Assembly (NCBI GenBank): GCA_034430895.1 | Contig: DAOUDW010000038.1 | Location: 2,982 to 66,981, forward strand | Source of the DNA: Anaerolineales bacterium | GTDB lineage: Bacteria; Chloroflexota; Anaerolineae; Anaerolineales; E44-bin32 | Direction: 5' to 3' | Length of the DNA: 64,000 nucleotides | Shown: in pieces, positions 27,709-36,975 of the stretch | Layout of the letters: each line of letters begins with the position of its first letter | Position numbering within the stretch: position 1 is the first letter of the stretch | Position numbers and translations under genes: made by a program | Notes under the pieces: model-generated | Told to the model about the DNA's origin: nothing | What the model saw: the letters and a program-made list of their open reading frames with translations, nothing else | Databases searched by the model: none

Positions 27709-28698
27709 TTGACAAAGAAGAAGGGACGCGTCTTTTCCGGCGCGCGGCCAACCGGGCGCCAACACCTGGGGAATTATTTAGGCGCAATCAAGAATTACGT
27801 GGCGCTTCAAGACGAATTCGAATGTATCTACTGCATCGTCGATCTGCACGCCCTGACGACCTTAGATACCACCAAATCCCTAAAAACGAACACCTACGAG
27901 ATGGCACTCGATTGGCTTGCCGCCGGATTGCGGCCAGAGGAAACGATCATTTTCATTCAATCGCATGTCCCGGAAGTCACTGAGCTGCATACCATGCTTT
28001 CCATGGTCGTGGGACTCGGCAAGTTAACCGACTTACCCACCTTTAAAGAGAAAGCACGCCAGCAGCCGCACAACGTAAATTACGGCCTGGTTGGCTATCC
28101 GATATTGATGGCGGCCGATATCACCCTCTATAAAGCGGGATTCGTCCCGGTTGGGATCGATCAAGCGCCGCACCTCGAATTCACCCGCGAGGTCGTACGT
28201 TCGTTCAATCACCGTTATCAAACCGATGTGTTAATCGAACCGCAGATGAAGAGCACGAAAATTCCCAAGGTTCTCGGCACTGATGGTGTGCATAAAATGG
28301 GTAAAAGCCTGAACAATCACATCGAACTGGCCTCTACACCGGAAGAGACCACCCAACGCGTAATGACTATGGTGACCGATCCACAGCGAAAACGTCGATC
28401 CGATCCGGGGGACCCGGACGTGTGCAACGTTTTCACGATGCACAAAGTCTTCTCCACAGACGAAGACGTACAAGAGATCGACGCCGAGTGCCGCCGCGCC
28501 GGCATCGGCTGTGTGGACTGTAAGAAACGATTTGCGGAGAACCTGAACGCGCATCTTGCTCCCTTCCGAGAGAAACGATCCAAACTCGGTGAAAACCCCG
28601 AGCAGGTATGGGACATCCTGGCAGATGGCGCAAAACGGGCCAATCAAATCGCCGAAGAAACCATGATCGAGGTCCGCCAGGCGGTCGGCTTGCCGTAA
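27709..28698 (+). CDS. trpS: tryptophan--tRNA ligase
   Basis: TTG start behind AGGAGG. Motifs GARPTGRQHLGNYLG (HIGH-like) and KMGKS (KMSKS). Confidence 0.95.
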   Translation: MTKKKGRVFSGARPTGRQHLGNYLGAIKNYVALQDEFECIYCIVDLHALTTLDTTKSLKTNTYEMALDWLAAGLRPEETIIFIQSHVPEVTELHTMLSMVVGLGKLTDLPTFKEKARQQPHNVNYGLVGYPILMAADITLYKAGFVPVGIDQAPHLEFTREVVRSFNHRYQTDVLIEPQMKSTKIPKVLGTDGVHKMGKSLNNHIELASTPEETTQRVMTMVTDPQRKRRSDPGDPDVCNVFTMHKVFSTDEDVQEIDAECRRAGIGCVDCKKRFAENLNAHLAPFREKRSKLGENPEQVWDILADGAKRANQIAEETMIEVRQAVGLP

Positions 28699-28767
28699 CA
28701 TTCGTTTGGATTTGTCGTACTGTTCCTACTCCAGATCTTGGGATATCCAAAAGGAGCCCCATCCAGC

Positions 28768-29217
28768 ATGCGTGCCGTTCTACAACGCGTTCGCCGAGGG
28801 CGCGTGTCGGTTGAAAACGAGACCATCGCAGAGATTAATCAAGGTCTAGTGATTCTTTTAGGGATTGGCCAAGAGGATACAGCAAATGAAGCACGCTGGT
28901 TGGCGGAAAAATGCGCCTCGCTGCGTATCTTCGAGGACGATGATGGCAAGACGAATCTTTCCATCCAGGATATCGGGGGAGAAGCGATCGTGGTCTCCCA
29001 ATTCACGCTGTATGCCGACACACGCAAAGGACGCCGGCCGAGTTTCATACATGCCGCAGCTCCGGATGTGGCAGAACCGCTCGTCGACAAATTTGCCGCA
29101 CACCTACACGCACAAGGGGTGCCGACTCAAACGGGCGTATTTGGCGCGCACATGCTGGTGGAAATCGAAAACGACGGGCCGGTCACTATTCTGCTCGAAC
29201 GTCATAATCCACAATAA
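28768..29217 (+). CDS. dtd: D-aminoacyl-tRNA deacylase
   Basis: [16 protein letters not shown] and GPVT motifs, about 150 aa. Confidence 0.92.
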   Translation: MRAVLQRVRRGRVSVENETIAEINQGLVILLGIGQEDTANEARWLAEKCASLRIFEDDDGKTNLSIQDIGGEAIVVSQFTLYADTRKGRRPSFIHAAAPDVAEPLVDKFAAHLHAQGVPTQTGVFGAHMLVEIENDGPVTILLERHNPQ

Positions 29218-29345
29218 ATCGATCGCTTCATATATCTTCCCGACAGCCTACCGTCAGCCGTGCGTCGAAAGTGCAAAACCCTGCGTGATATAATCCCACA
29301 AAACACGAATTTTTGATCTATGAATTACCTGAGGAGGAAAATTCC

Positions 29346-30374
29346 ATGAATATCGCTATCGTAGTACGCGCCTTGTCCACGATTTCCTGGCTACTTGCAG
29401 TAGGACTAGTCATCTTGGCCGTCGTGCGCTCAACACAAGGTCGCAGCATGAAATCCGCACCAGCTATGGTTATCGTTGCGCTCCTGTTTGCCATCGTTCT
29501 AACAACCATATCGGCCGGACTCGTTTTCGTTCAACCCCAAGAACGGGGCGTGGTGATCTCGGCGTTAGATCCGCAAGGTTACAAGACTCAAGCACTTCAA
29601 CCTGGCTTACGTTGGGTTGTTCCATTTGCAGAAAGCGTGATCACGTATCCAATTTCACGTCAGACATACACCATGTCCATCGCCCAAGAAGAGGGCACGA
29701 TACAGGGAGACGACTCGGTGGAAGTGCGCACCTCCGACGGGCAGATCGTGCACATGGACGCATCCGTAATCTTTCACATCGACGATGTCATTAGTGTCCA
29801 CATCAAGTGGCAGGATCGCTACATCGACGAACTCGTGCGAGCACATGTTCGCGGCATCATCCGCGACGAAGCCTCACAATACGGGGTGGAAGAAATTAAC
29901 AGTGCCAAACGTCAGGAGTTAGTCTCGAGTATCCGCGAAACGCTGGCCACCAAAATGAGTGAGAACGGACTGGCCCTGGATGAATTCATACTTCGCTACA
30001 TCCAATTCTCTGCAGAATATCAGGTTGCCGTCGAGCAAAAACAGATCGCCGAGCAGCAAGTGCAGCAGGCCGTTTTCGTGGTCCAGCAGCGTGAGCAAGA
30101 GGCGTTGCAAGCGCGCAAGGTCGCCGAGGGTGAGGCTGCCGCCTTGGTCATCAACGCCGAGGGTCGCGCCGAAGCCCGCTTGATCGAAGCCAAAGCGGAA
30201 GCCGAAGCGCTCGAGTTGATCGCCAACGCAGTGCGCGACAATCCCGAAGTACTCACCTTCGAATACATCCAGAAACTCGCCGATCAGATCAAAGTGATGC
30301 TCGTGCCGAACGACAATCCCTTCTTGTTGCCGCTCCCGTCGCTAGAAGAGGAAGGCGTAATCACGGTTCCCTAG
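29346..30374 (+). CDS. SPFH/band-7 (prohibitin/HflK-like) membrane protein
   Basis: N-terminal TM helices, an SPFH core, and an Ala/Glu-rich coiled coil (AEGRAEARLIEAKAEAEA). Start behind GAGGAGGA. Confidence 0.85.
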   Translation: MNIAIVVRALSTISWLLAVGLVILAVVRSTQGRSMKSAPAMVIVALLFAIVLTTISAGLVFVQPQERGVVISALDPQGYKTQALQPGLRWVVPFAESVITYPISRQTYTMSIAQEEGTIQGDDSVEVRTSDGQIVHMDASVIFHIDDVISVHIKWQDRYIDELVRAHVRGIIRDEASQYGVEEINSAKRQELVSSIRETLATKMSENGLALDEFILRYIQFSAEYQVAVEQKQIAEQQVQQAVFVVQQREQEALQARKVAEGEAAALVINAEGRAEARLIEAKAEAEALELIANAVRDNPEVLTFEYIQKLADQIKVMLVPNDNPFLLPLPSLEEEGVITVP

Positions 30375-30404
30375 CTGGCAACACCTCAATTCACTGGATA
30401 ATCG

Positions 30405-30434
30405 AAAACCCGCAAGCGAACGCTTGCGGGTTTT
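30405..30434. terminator. bidirectional rho-independent terminator between the SPFH gene and nadB
   Basis: AAAACCCGCAAG / CTTGCGGGTTTT, with an A-run and a T-run on either side of convergent genes. Confidence 0.7.
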
Positions 30435-30465
30435 GATTTCCAAATCCAACCATAAAATGATGGGG

Positions 30466-32058
30466 CTAAATCACCGCCGTGCCCTTGGTGTCATCGCGAT
30501 AGTGGCAACCCCGACTGACGCGGTTGTGCTGCGCGGCCGCGGCGATGATGATGGCGGCCTGCACACTGTGACGCAAACCAATCAAGGCATCATTTACACG
30601 CGTCGTGCGGTAGAAAACCTCGATGTCCTCTTTCAGGTGATGTAAATCCCGCAAGGCGCGCGCCAGACGCCGGGTAGAGCGTACCAACCCGACGTAGTGC
30701 CACATGGTGTGCTGTATGGTACGTATGTCGCGCCAGATCAAGGCCGGGTCGGCCTCTTCCTCCAAACCCTCCTCTTCCCATCGGGGAACCTCGTCTGGCG
30801 TGACCTGGTCAACTACGCCGCACCTGGCGATGTCCTGCGCAGCACGTACTCCCCATACGAGACCGTCCACGAGTGACGTGCTCGCCAATCGATTGGCGCC
30901 GTGAACGCCGTTGCACGCCACCTCCCCTACGGCATAAAGGTTTTGAACGCTCGCGCGTGCCCACTCATCTGTCCACACCCCGCCGCAGAAATAATGTGCA
31001 GCAGGCACAACCGGAATGGGCTGACGGGTGATGTCCAGACCAAGATTCAAGCAGCGCGCATGGATCGTGGGAAATCGCTCGCGGATCGCATCGGCCGGCA
31101 TGGCAGAGTGGATATCGAGTAAAACATGAGGGTAGCCGTTCTCGACCATCTCACGGTGGATCGCCCGGGAGACGATATCTCGCGGCGCCAGATCGCCCCA
31201 CTCCGGGTCGTACCGCGCCATAAACGCTTCCCCGGAGGGTATCAACAGGCGCCCTCCCTCACCCCGGACCGCCTCGGAAATGAGAAACCCCTCAGCGCCT
31301 GGCGCGGCAAGTGTCGTCGGGTGGAACTGTACGTACTCGGCATTGATGACCCGCGCGCCTGCACGATACGCCATCGCCAGTCCATCCCCGCGAGCGCCTT
31401 CCGGATTGGTGGTATGACGATATATCCGCCCCAACCCGCCGCTGGCGAGGATGGTCTTTCCCGCCAGGTAACGGCGGACACTGCGCCTTTCCTGCTCGTA
31501 AACATAGGCACCATAGCACGTGATCGGCTCGTAAACACTGAGTGGATCGTTGGCGTGATGCGGAAAGGTGATCAGATCGACGGCGGTGGCTGCAGGCACG
31601 ATCTGCACGTTGGGCTGTGCTCGCAAGGTGGCAACCATGGCTTGAATGATCGCCTTTCCCGTCGAATCCCCGACATGTAGAATGCGTGGACAGGTGTGCG
31701 CCGCCTCCTGGCCGAATGATAATTGGCCATCGGAGGCACGATCGAAGGACACCCCACAGTACTCGATCAGCATCTCGTGAATCAGCGCAGGACCTTGTTC
31801 GGCAATAATGCGAGCCGTGGAAGGCAGACTCAACCCCGCGCCCGCCGCCAGAATATCGTCCACAAGTAAATCAGGGCTATCCTCTTCACCCAAAGTGACG
31901 ATTCCCCCTTGCGCGTAGCGTGTATTGCTTTCTTCGGGCTCGGAGGCTCGTGTAATTACCACGACCTGACGCTCTCGATCCTGCGCCAGACGCAATGCTG
32001 TTGCGGCACCTGCAATGCCACAACCAATCACGAGCACATCCGCACGAACGGGAGTCAC
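30466..32058 (-). CDS. nadB: L-aspartate oxidase
   Basis: FAD motif VLVIGCGIAGA, YAQGGI and a flavoprotein core. Overlaps the nadA stop by 4 nt. Confidence 0.95.
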   Translation of the reverse strand: MTPVRADVLVIGCGIAGAATALRLAQDRERQVVVITRASEPEESNTRYAQGGIVTLGEEDSPDLLVDDILAAGAGLSLPSTARIIAEQGPALIHEMLIEYCGVSFDRASDGQLSFGQEAAHTCPRILHVGDSTGKAIIQAMVATLRAQPNVQIVPAATAVDLITFPHHANDPLSVYEPITCYGAYVYEQERRSVRRYLAGKTILASGGLGRIYRHTTNPEGARGDGLAMAYRAGARVINAEYVQFHPTTLAAPGAEGFLISEAVRGEGGRLLIPSGEAFMARYDPEWGDLAPRDIVSRAIHREMVENGYPHVLLDIHSAMPADAIRERFPTIHARCLNLGLDITRQPIPVVPAAHYFCGGVWTDEWARASVQNLYAVGEVACNGVHGANRLASTSLVDGLVWGVRAAQDIARCGVVDQVTPDEVPRWEEEGLEEEADPALIWRDIRTIQHTMWHYVGLVRSTRRLARALRDLHHLKEDIEVFYRTTRVNDALIGLRHSVQAAIIIAAAAQHNRVSRGCHYRDDTKGTAVI

Positions 32059-33104
32059 TTGCTTACCTCCAGCATACGCTCCAAAGCGATCCGGGCGTCC
32101 CGGGCAGTATCTGCAGGGACGGTTATCTGATTGATGGACTTACCCGCTGCAAGGCCTTCCAATATCCGTTCGACTTTCTGCAATGTGATCAGATTCATGT
32201 CATGACAGCTTGCTGTCGTTGATGACAGGAGTACGATCTGTTTGTCAGGATTTTCCTGGTCGAGACGGTTGACAAGATTGAATTCGGTGCCGACGGTCCA
32301 CTTGCTCCCGGCAGGGGAAGCCTCGATCTGTTGAATGATGAAAGACGTCGAACCCGCTTCGTCCGCCTGATCGACAACTTCCATCGAGCATTCCGGATGA
32401 ACGATCACGCGAACGTCAGGTTCCTGACTGCGCCATCGGATCACATCCTCCACTGTAAAAACCTGATGCACGTTACACCAGCCGCGCCAAAGAAAAATAC
32501 GAGCATCCCGAATTGCTTCCGTCTCAAAGCCTCCGCGAATAAGTTTGGGATCCCAGAGCAACATCTCGTCGAGCGGGATGCCCATCTTCTTGCCCGTATT
32601 ACGGCCGAGATGTTGATCGGGGAAAAAGAACACATAGGGTCGCTGCTCGAAAGCCCACGTGAGCATTTTCTCGGCGTTCGATGAAGTACATACAAGACCG
32701 TTATGACGACCACAGAATGCCTTCAACGATGCCGTAGAGTTGACATAGGTTATCGGCGTGACTTCATCTTCGACATCCAGCACCTCGCCCAGTTGTCCCC
32801 AGACTTGCTCTACATCGGTTAAATCGGCCATGTCCGCCAGGGGACAACCTGCGTCAAGATCGGGTAAGAATACGCGCTGCCCGGGTTGGGCAAGAATGGC
32901 TGCGGTTTCTGCCATGAAGTGTACGCCACAGAAGACGATATACTCCGCCTCCCGGCTTTTAACGGCGTCAAACACCAGTTTCAACGAATCGCCCCTGAAA
33001 TCCGAAACCTGGATCACCTCGTCTCGTTGGTAATGATGCCCGAGGATTACCAATCGTTTTCCCAACTCGGATTTCAGTTCCAAAACACGATCGACGGGTT
33101 GCAT
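32055..33104 (-). CDS. nadA: quinolinate synthase
   Basis: ILGHHYQ, VHFMAETA and HPEC motifs. Confidence 0.93.
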   Translation of the reverse strand: MQPVDRVLELKSELGKRLVILGHHYQRDEVIQVSDFRGDSLKLVFDAVKSREAEYIVFCGVHFMAETAAILAQPGQRVFLPDLDAGCPLADMADLTDVEQVWGQLGEVLDVEDEVTPITYVNSTASLKAFCGRHNGLVCTSSNAEKMLTWAFEQRPYVFFFPDQHLGRNTGKKMGIPLDEMLLWDPKLIRGGFETEAIRDARIFLWRGWCNVHQVFTVEDVIRWRSQEPDVRVIVHPECSMEVVDQADEAGSTSFIIQQIEASPAGSKWTVGTEFNLVNRLDQENPDKQIVLLSSTTASCHDMNLITLQKVERILEGLAAGKSINQITVPADTARDARIALERMLEVSK

Positions 33105-33107
33105 AGA

Positions 33108-33941
33108 TTAAATCCTCATACTGATGTCAAGCGCTGGTGCGGAATGGGTTAGTGCACCGATCGAGATGAAATCCACACCGGTTGCCGCGACGTCTGCAAC
33201 ATAGGACAAATCCACGTTGCCCGATGCTTCCAACGGTGTTCGGCCCGCCGCTAACTGAACGGCTGCGCGCATCATTTCAAGATCCATGTTATCCAACATG
33301 ATCCGATCCACATTGAGAGTCAGCGCCTCTTCCAATTGGTCCATACGCTCCACTTCGACCTCGATGGGCAAATCAGGGTATGCCTGCTGGGCTTGTTTGA
33401 CAGCCGCTGAGATTCCACCGGCAGCGGCTATATGGTTGTCCTTGATTAGAATCATATCGTAGAGGCTGATCCGATGGTTCTCGCCACCCCCCATTCGCAC
33501 GGCGTACTTCTCAAGCCGACGATATCCGGGGTGTGTTTTCCTCGTATCCAGGATCGCGGCGTTGCTGCCCTCAATCGCCCGCACGAAAGCTTGCGTGTAG
33601 GTTGCGATTCCGGAAAGGTGCTGTAGAAAATTCAAGACGATGCGTTCTGCCGCCAATAATGTTCTCCCCGGTCCGGAAACCTCAGCAATCACATCGCCGA
33701 CCTGCACCACAGCCCCGTCCTGTACGTGGGTTGTAAAATGCAGCGAAGCATCCACGCGTTCGAATACCGCTTTGGCGATGGGCAAACCGGCGATGACGCC
33801 GGTCTCTTTTGCAACAACATCTCCGTGAAGTGACTGACCGGAAGCGATCACGGCCTCGGATGTCGCATCCCCGGGTCCGATATCTTCTGCAATCGCCAAT
33901 TCGATAAGCGGTTGTGCGGCCTGAATCAACTCATCTGTCAT
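33108..33941 (-). CDS. nadC: nicotinate-nucleotide pyrophosphorylase (carboxylating)
   Basis: TRKTHPGYR, KYAVRMGGGENHR and IKDNH. Confidence 0.93.
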   Translation of the reverse strand: MTDELIQAAQPLIELAIAEDIGPGDATSEAVIASGQSLHGDVVAKETGVIAGLPIAKAVFERVDASLHFTTHVQDGAVVQVGDVIAEVSGPGRTLLAAERIVLNFLQHLSGIATYTQAFVRAIEGSNAAILDTRKTHPGYRRLEKYAVRMGGGENHRISLYDMILIKDNHIAAAGGISAAVKQAQQAYPDLPIEVEVERMDQLEEALTLNVDRIMLDNMDLEMMRAAVQLAAGRTPLEASGNVDLSYVADVAATGVDFISIGALTHSAPALDISMRI

Positions 33942-34212
33942 CCGTCAACCTGTATACATTCGATCGTGGAATCTTAGCACAAACCATAAACCATGAGGAT
34001 ACCATCCAGCAACAAGGCGAACTTGCCACTCACAGTGTACAGAAATTACTCGAAGTATACGCTCCCAGGATGGCGGTGTCCAGCCGATCGAGGCGACAAG
34101 ACGATACTCGAGATTGATACCACCAATCGGCGCTTTCTCCCATACATACGCCAGGGAAAAACGTATCACCCAAGCAATAGAAAATCTTCGCTTCAATCGC
34201 AAACGGAGTGAT

Positions 34213-35058
34213 ATGATGTCTTCAATACCTCATATTAAAAAAATAGGGAGCTTATCCGTGATGGACAGAAGGAAAATCGATGGGATCAGCATCGGCGCCA
34301 ATCCACAGGAGCAAGAGACGGTTGATTTGATCGAGAAGACTTGTGCACGGGCGATGCAGCTTGCGCAAGAAATGTGGGGCTTAAATCCTCCAAAGAACTG
34401 CCACATGTATGTAATGACTTCGTGGTGGCGATTTTTCTTTCGTGCTGCGCCGTGGCATTGGAAGATCTTACTCGCCACCACGTTCCCGTTTTGGGCACCG
34501 CGTGCACGCAGAATGTGGTCGTATGCCGCCGGCTGGACGCAGCGTTTCGGTACGCGCACTGTGATTGGCGTGAAGCCACCACGAATATTGGGTCAAAGCG
34601 ATATCAGCATCGGTATTCGCATGTTTGTTGAAGAGAAAGATATGAGTCTGAAACTGCAGCACGTCAGCTGTCACGAACTCATCCACGCCTGTTCCGCCCA
34701 TTTGCATTTGCCGATGTGGCTTAACGAAGGCATCGCCACGGTCACCGTCGACCGCTATTTGGGAAAGGCGACGATCATGGAGGACACACTCGAACTGCTG
34801 CTCGATTATCAACCCAAAGCACTGCCTCCCACCTACCGTCAGCTTTCGCGCATGCAAGGCAAGGCCATCGTATATCACACCACACGAGCCTATTGGCTCA
34901 CACGATACCTGTACGAAAAAGATCCGGAATTTCTAAAAAAGGTTCTCACGAAAAGACGCTGCCCAGAGGAAATCGACCTCCAAATAGCAGAGCAAATGAA
35001 TCTCGAATCAGATAGCTTCTGGCATCAAATCGATCAAATGCTGGTTCGCTATTTTTAG
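34213..35058 (+). CDS. putative MA-clan gluzincin-like protein (HELIH ... WLNEG), no signal peptide seen
   Basis: CHELIHACSAHLHLPMWLNEGIATV resembles the HExxH-Xn-WLxEG arrangement. The start at MMSSIPH is uncertain. Confidence 0.5.
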   Translation: MMSSIPHIKKIGSLSVMDRRKIDGISIGANPQEQETVDLIEKTCARAMQLAQEMWGLNPPKNCHMYVMTSWWRFFFRAAPWHWKILLATTFPFWAPRARRMWSYAAGWTQRFGTRTVIGVKPPRILGQSDISIGIRMFVEEKDMSLKLQHVSCHELIHACSAHLHLPMWLNEGIATVTVDRYLGKATIMEDTLELLLDYQPKALPPTYRQLSRMQGKAIVYHTTRAYWLTRYLYEKDPEFLKKVLTKRRCPEEIDLQIAEQMNLESDSFWHQIDQMLVRYF

Positions 35059-35301
35059 CAGAGAGGAAAGGAAGAAATAACTGCGATCTCTTCCTTCTTT
35101 CTAGATTGGCTTTTTTTCCTGAGAGTGAATTTAAACACAGACCGATTTTGCACTGGATGAGAGATCAATGTTCCGGCACGTTCGAGAAATCAACCCCCTC
35201 CGAGGTGAATATTTCCCGGAGCGTCTCACCCGCTGCAAGGGTTCTCGAATCTCCTCTCGACTCAGGTCTAGTGCCTCGAGTAACCCCTCTCCAACGTTCG
35301 G

Positions 35302-35808
35302 CTACCGCATATCGATGCCCAGGGACTCTAAGATTTCAGCCCAGGACATCCCCGACTCCAGCATATCCGCCAATTCCTTTCGCGTGATTCCAAGCCTTTC
35401 CAGAACCGCCTCGCCGATTCTCCTATTCCGTCGCTTTCTTCGAAAATCTCTGCGTCTTTGATACCTCTCGCGCAAACGATCGGCGTCTTCCTCGGTGATA
35501 ACACCATCCCGAATCGCCTCGTTTACGGCTTCGTCGATCACCTCGGCCATCAAGTTGAGAAATTCACGACCTTCAACACCCTGGCCAGCAGCGATGTCAC
35601 GATAAGTCCCTCCGGCATCCATACGAATTTGTACATCGAGGAGGTCGAGATCGAGCGCAGCTGTAAAGGCAGCCGTTACGTAGTCCCGCAACGGCCTTTC
35701 CGGTCGATCTTCTGTGGGTGTTTCGGTTTGCGCAAACACTGCGCTGACGCTGGTGAATGAAATCACGAGCAGCGCGAGTATTGAGGTTATTCGTACGAAC
35801 TTATGCAT
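35302..35808 (-). CDS. secreted hypothetical protein with Arg-rich segment
   Basis: Signal peptide ILALLVISFTSVSAVFAQ, then helical, charged sequence. No family recognised. Confidence 0.5.
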   Translation of the reverse strand: MHKFVRITSILALLVISFTSVSAVFAQTETPTEDRPERPLRDYVTAAFTAALDLDLLDVQIRMDAGGTYRDIAAGQGVEGREFLNLMAEVIDEAVNEAIRDGVITEEDADRLRERYQRRRDFRRKRRNRRIGEAVLERLGITRKELADMLESGMSWAEILESLGIDMR

Positions 35809-36120
35809 GCTACACCTCCCATTGTCATTGGATGGTTTCTGATCTCATCCACAGGTTATCGGGAGGATGTAAATTGGATTTTTACAAGTTGTTAAAAATT
35901 TGTAAAAACATCCCTCTTATACCTAATAGATCACAGTGATCTGCCGGTTTCATTACACAAAAGAAGAGACTCAATTGTCCATCGAATCCATTCAGCGCCA
36001 TCTTATTGCAGGCAACCTCATCCAACTCCCCGCCAATGTTCCCCATGCGGTAAAAGCGACCCAACGTTTCAAAATGTTGCTGGTCATGTTGTGTGAGTGA
36101 AGTTCAGTAAGCCACCAAAC

Positions 36121-36546
36121 TCAATCCGTGTCGGTTGGTTTTGCACGCCGCAGCTTCTTGATCTGCGAACGCCTTCGCTTTTCGTGCAAACGACGTTCAC
36201 TGGCCGCTCGACTGGGTTTCGTTTTCCTGCGAGGCTTTTTGCGTTGTGCTGCTCGTCGGATGAGTTTGCTTAAACGATCGATCGCATCCTTGCGGTTGCG
36301 GGTTTGTGTGCGGAAACGGCGGGCGTTGATGATCAGAATGCCGTCGTTGTTGATCTGGTTACCAGCCAGTCGAATCAAACGCGCACGCACGTCCTCAGGC
36401 AATGAGGTTGACTCACGAACATCGAAACGCAGTTGCACCGCTGTGGCAACACGATTGACATTCTGCCCACCCGGACCGGCAGCGCGAACAAAATCAAAGT
36501 GCAATTCGTTTTCATCGATTGCGATATCTTGGGTCACAGAGATCAT
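36121..36546 (-). CDS. arfB: alternative ribosome-rescue factor ArfB (peptidyl-tRNA hydrolase)
   Basis: GPGGQNVN (GGQ motif) and a basic C-terminal tail. Confidence 0.9.
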   Translation of the reverse strand: MISVTQDIAIDENELHFDFVRAAGPGGQNVNRVATAVQLRFDVRESTSLPEDVRARLIRLAGNQINNDGILIINARRFRTQTRNRKDAIDRLSKLIRRAAQRKKPRRKTKPSRAASERRLHEKRRRSQIKKLRRAKPTDTD

Positions 36547-36738
36547 GGGGTAAGCATACTCAAAGCGGCAGTGGGTTTCAAGGGTGTTGATCCTGGGACA
36601 TCGCTACTCGAGTGCTGTAATCAAGCAGGAGACTTTCCCAAAAAGGTAACCCTGTTTTAAATAATCAAATGGGTTTCACGACACGTTTGGTCGTTAACGT
36701 CTTAAGGCTATGGTTCCCCTCAGATAACGATAATGCAG

Positions 36739-36842
36739 GGGCAACCCCTGTGGTTGCCCAGTTTTTGGTCGGTCACAGGGGACCACCCCTACAGATTTGT
36801 TCTTTGAACCCTTGTAAGGTCAGGTTTCAAACCCGCCTGAAC
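36739..36842. repeat. cluster of three short GC-rich palindromic (REP-like) modules
   Basis: GGGCAACC-CCTGT-GGTTGCCC (36739-36759, followed by TTTTT), GGTCACAGGGGACCACCCCTACAG (36771-36794) and GGTCAGGTTTCAAACCCGCCTGAAC (36818-36842). Confidence 0.5.
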
Positions 36843-36975
36843 ATCCGATCACAATGAACTGTTCCTGATCACTGCACGATCCGTGGTCCCCGAAGGATTT
36901 CCCTCATGGCTGCACCATGTTCTTTTTAGACAGCATCTTTTGCTGGATCATTGTCGTTATATTTGTGCGTTGAAA

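Noticed and set aside
33942-34212. NAD+ (nadA-motif) riboswitch upstream of nadC
   Set aside because: Reading the minus-strand leader, I could not recognise the tandem conserved domains of that motif. This is unresolved without a covariance-model scan, so it is not reported.
36669-36857. 62-aa plus-strand ORF
   Set aside because: Its sequence is simply the translation of the palindromic GC-rich modules, there is no SD, and it lies between minus-strand genes.
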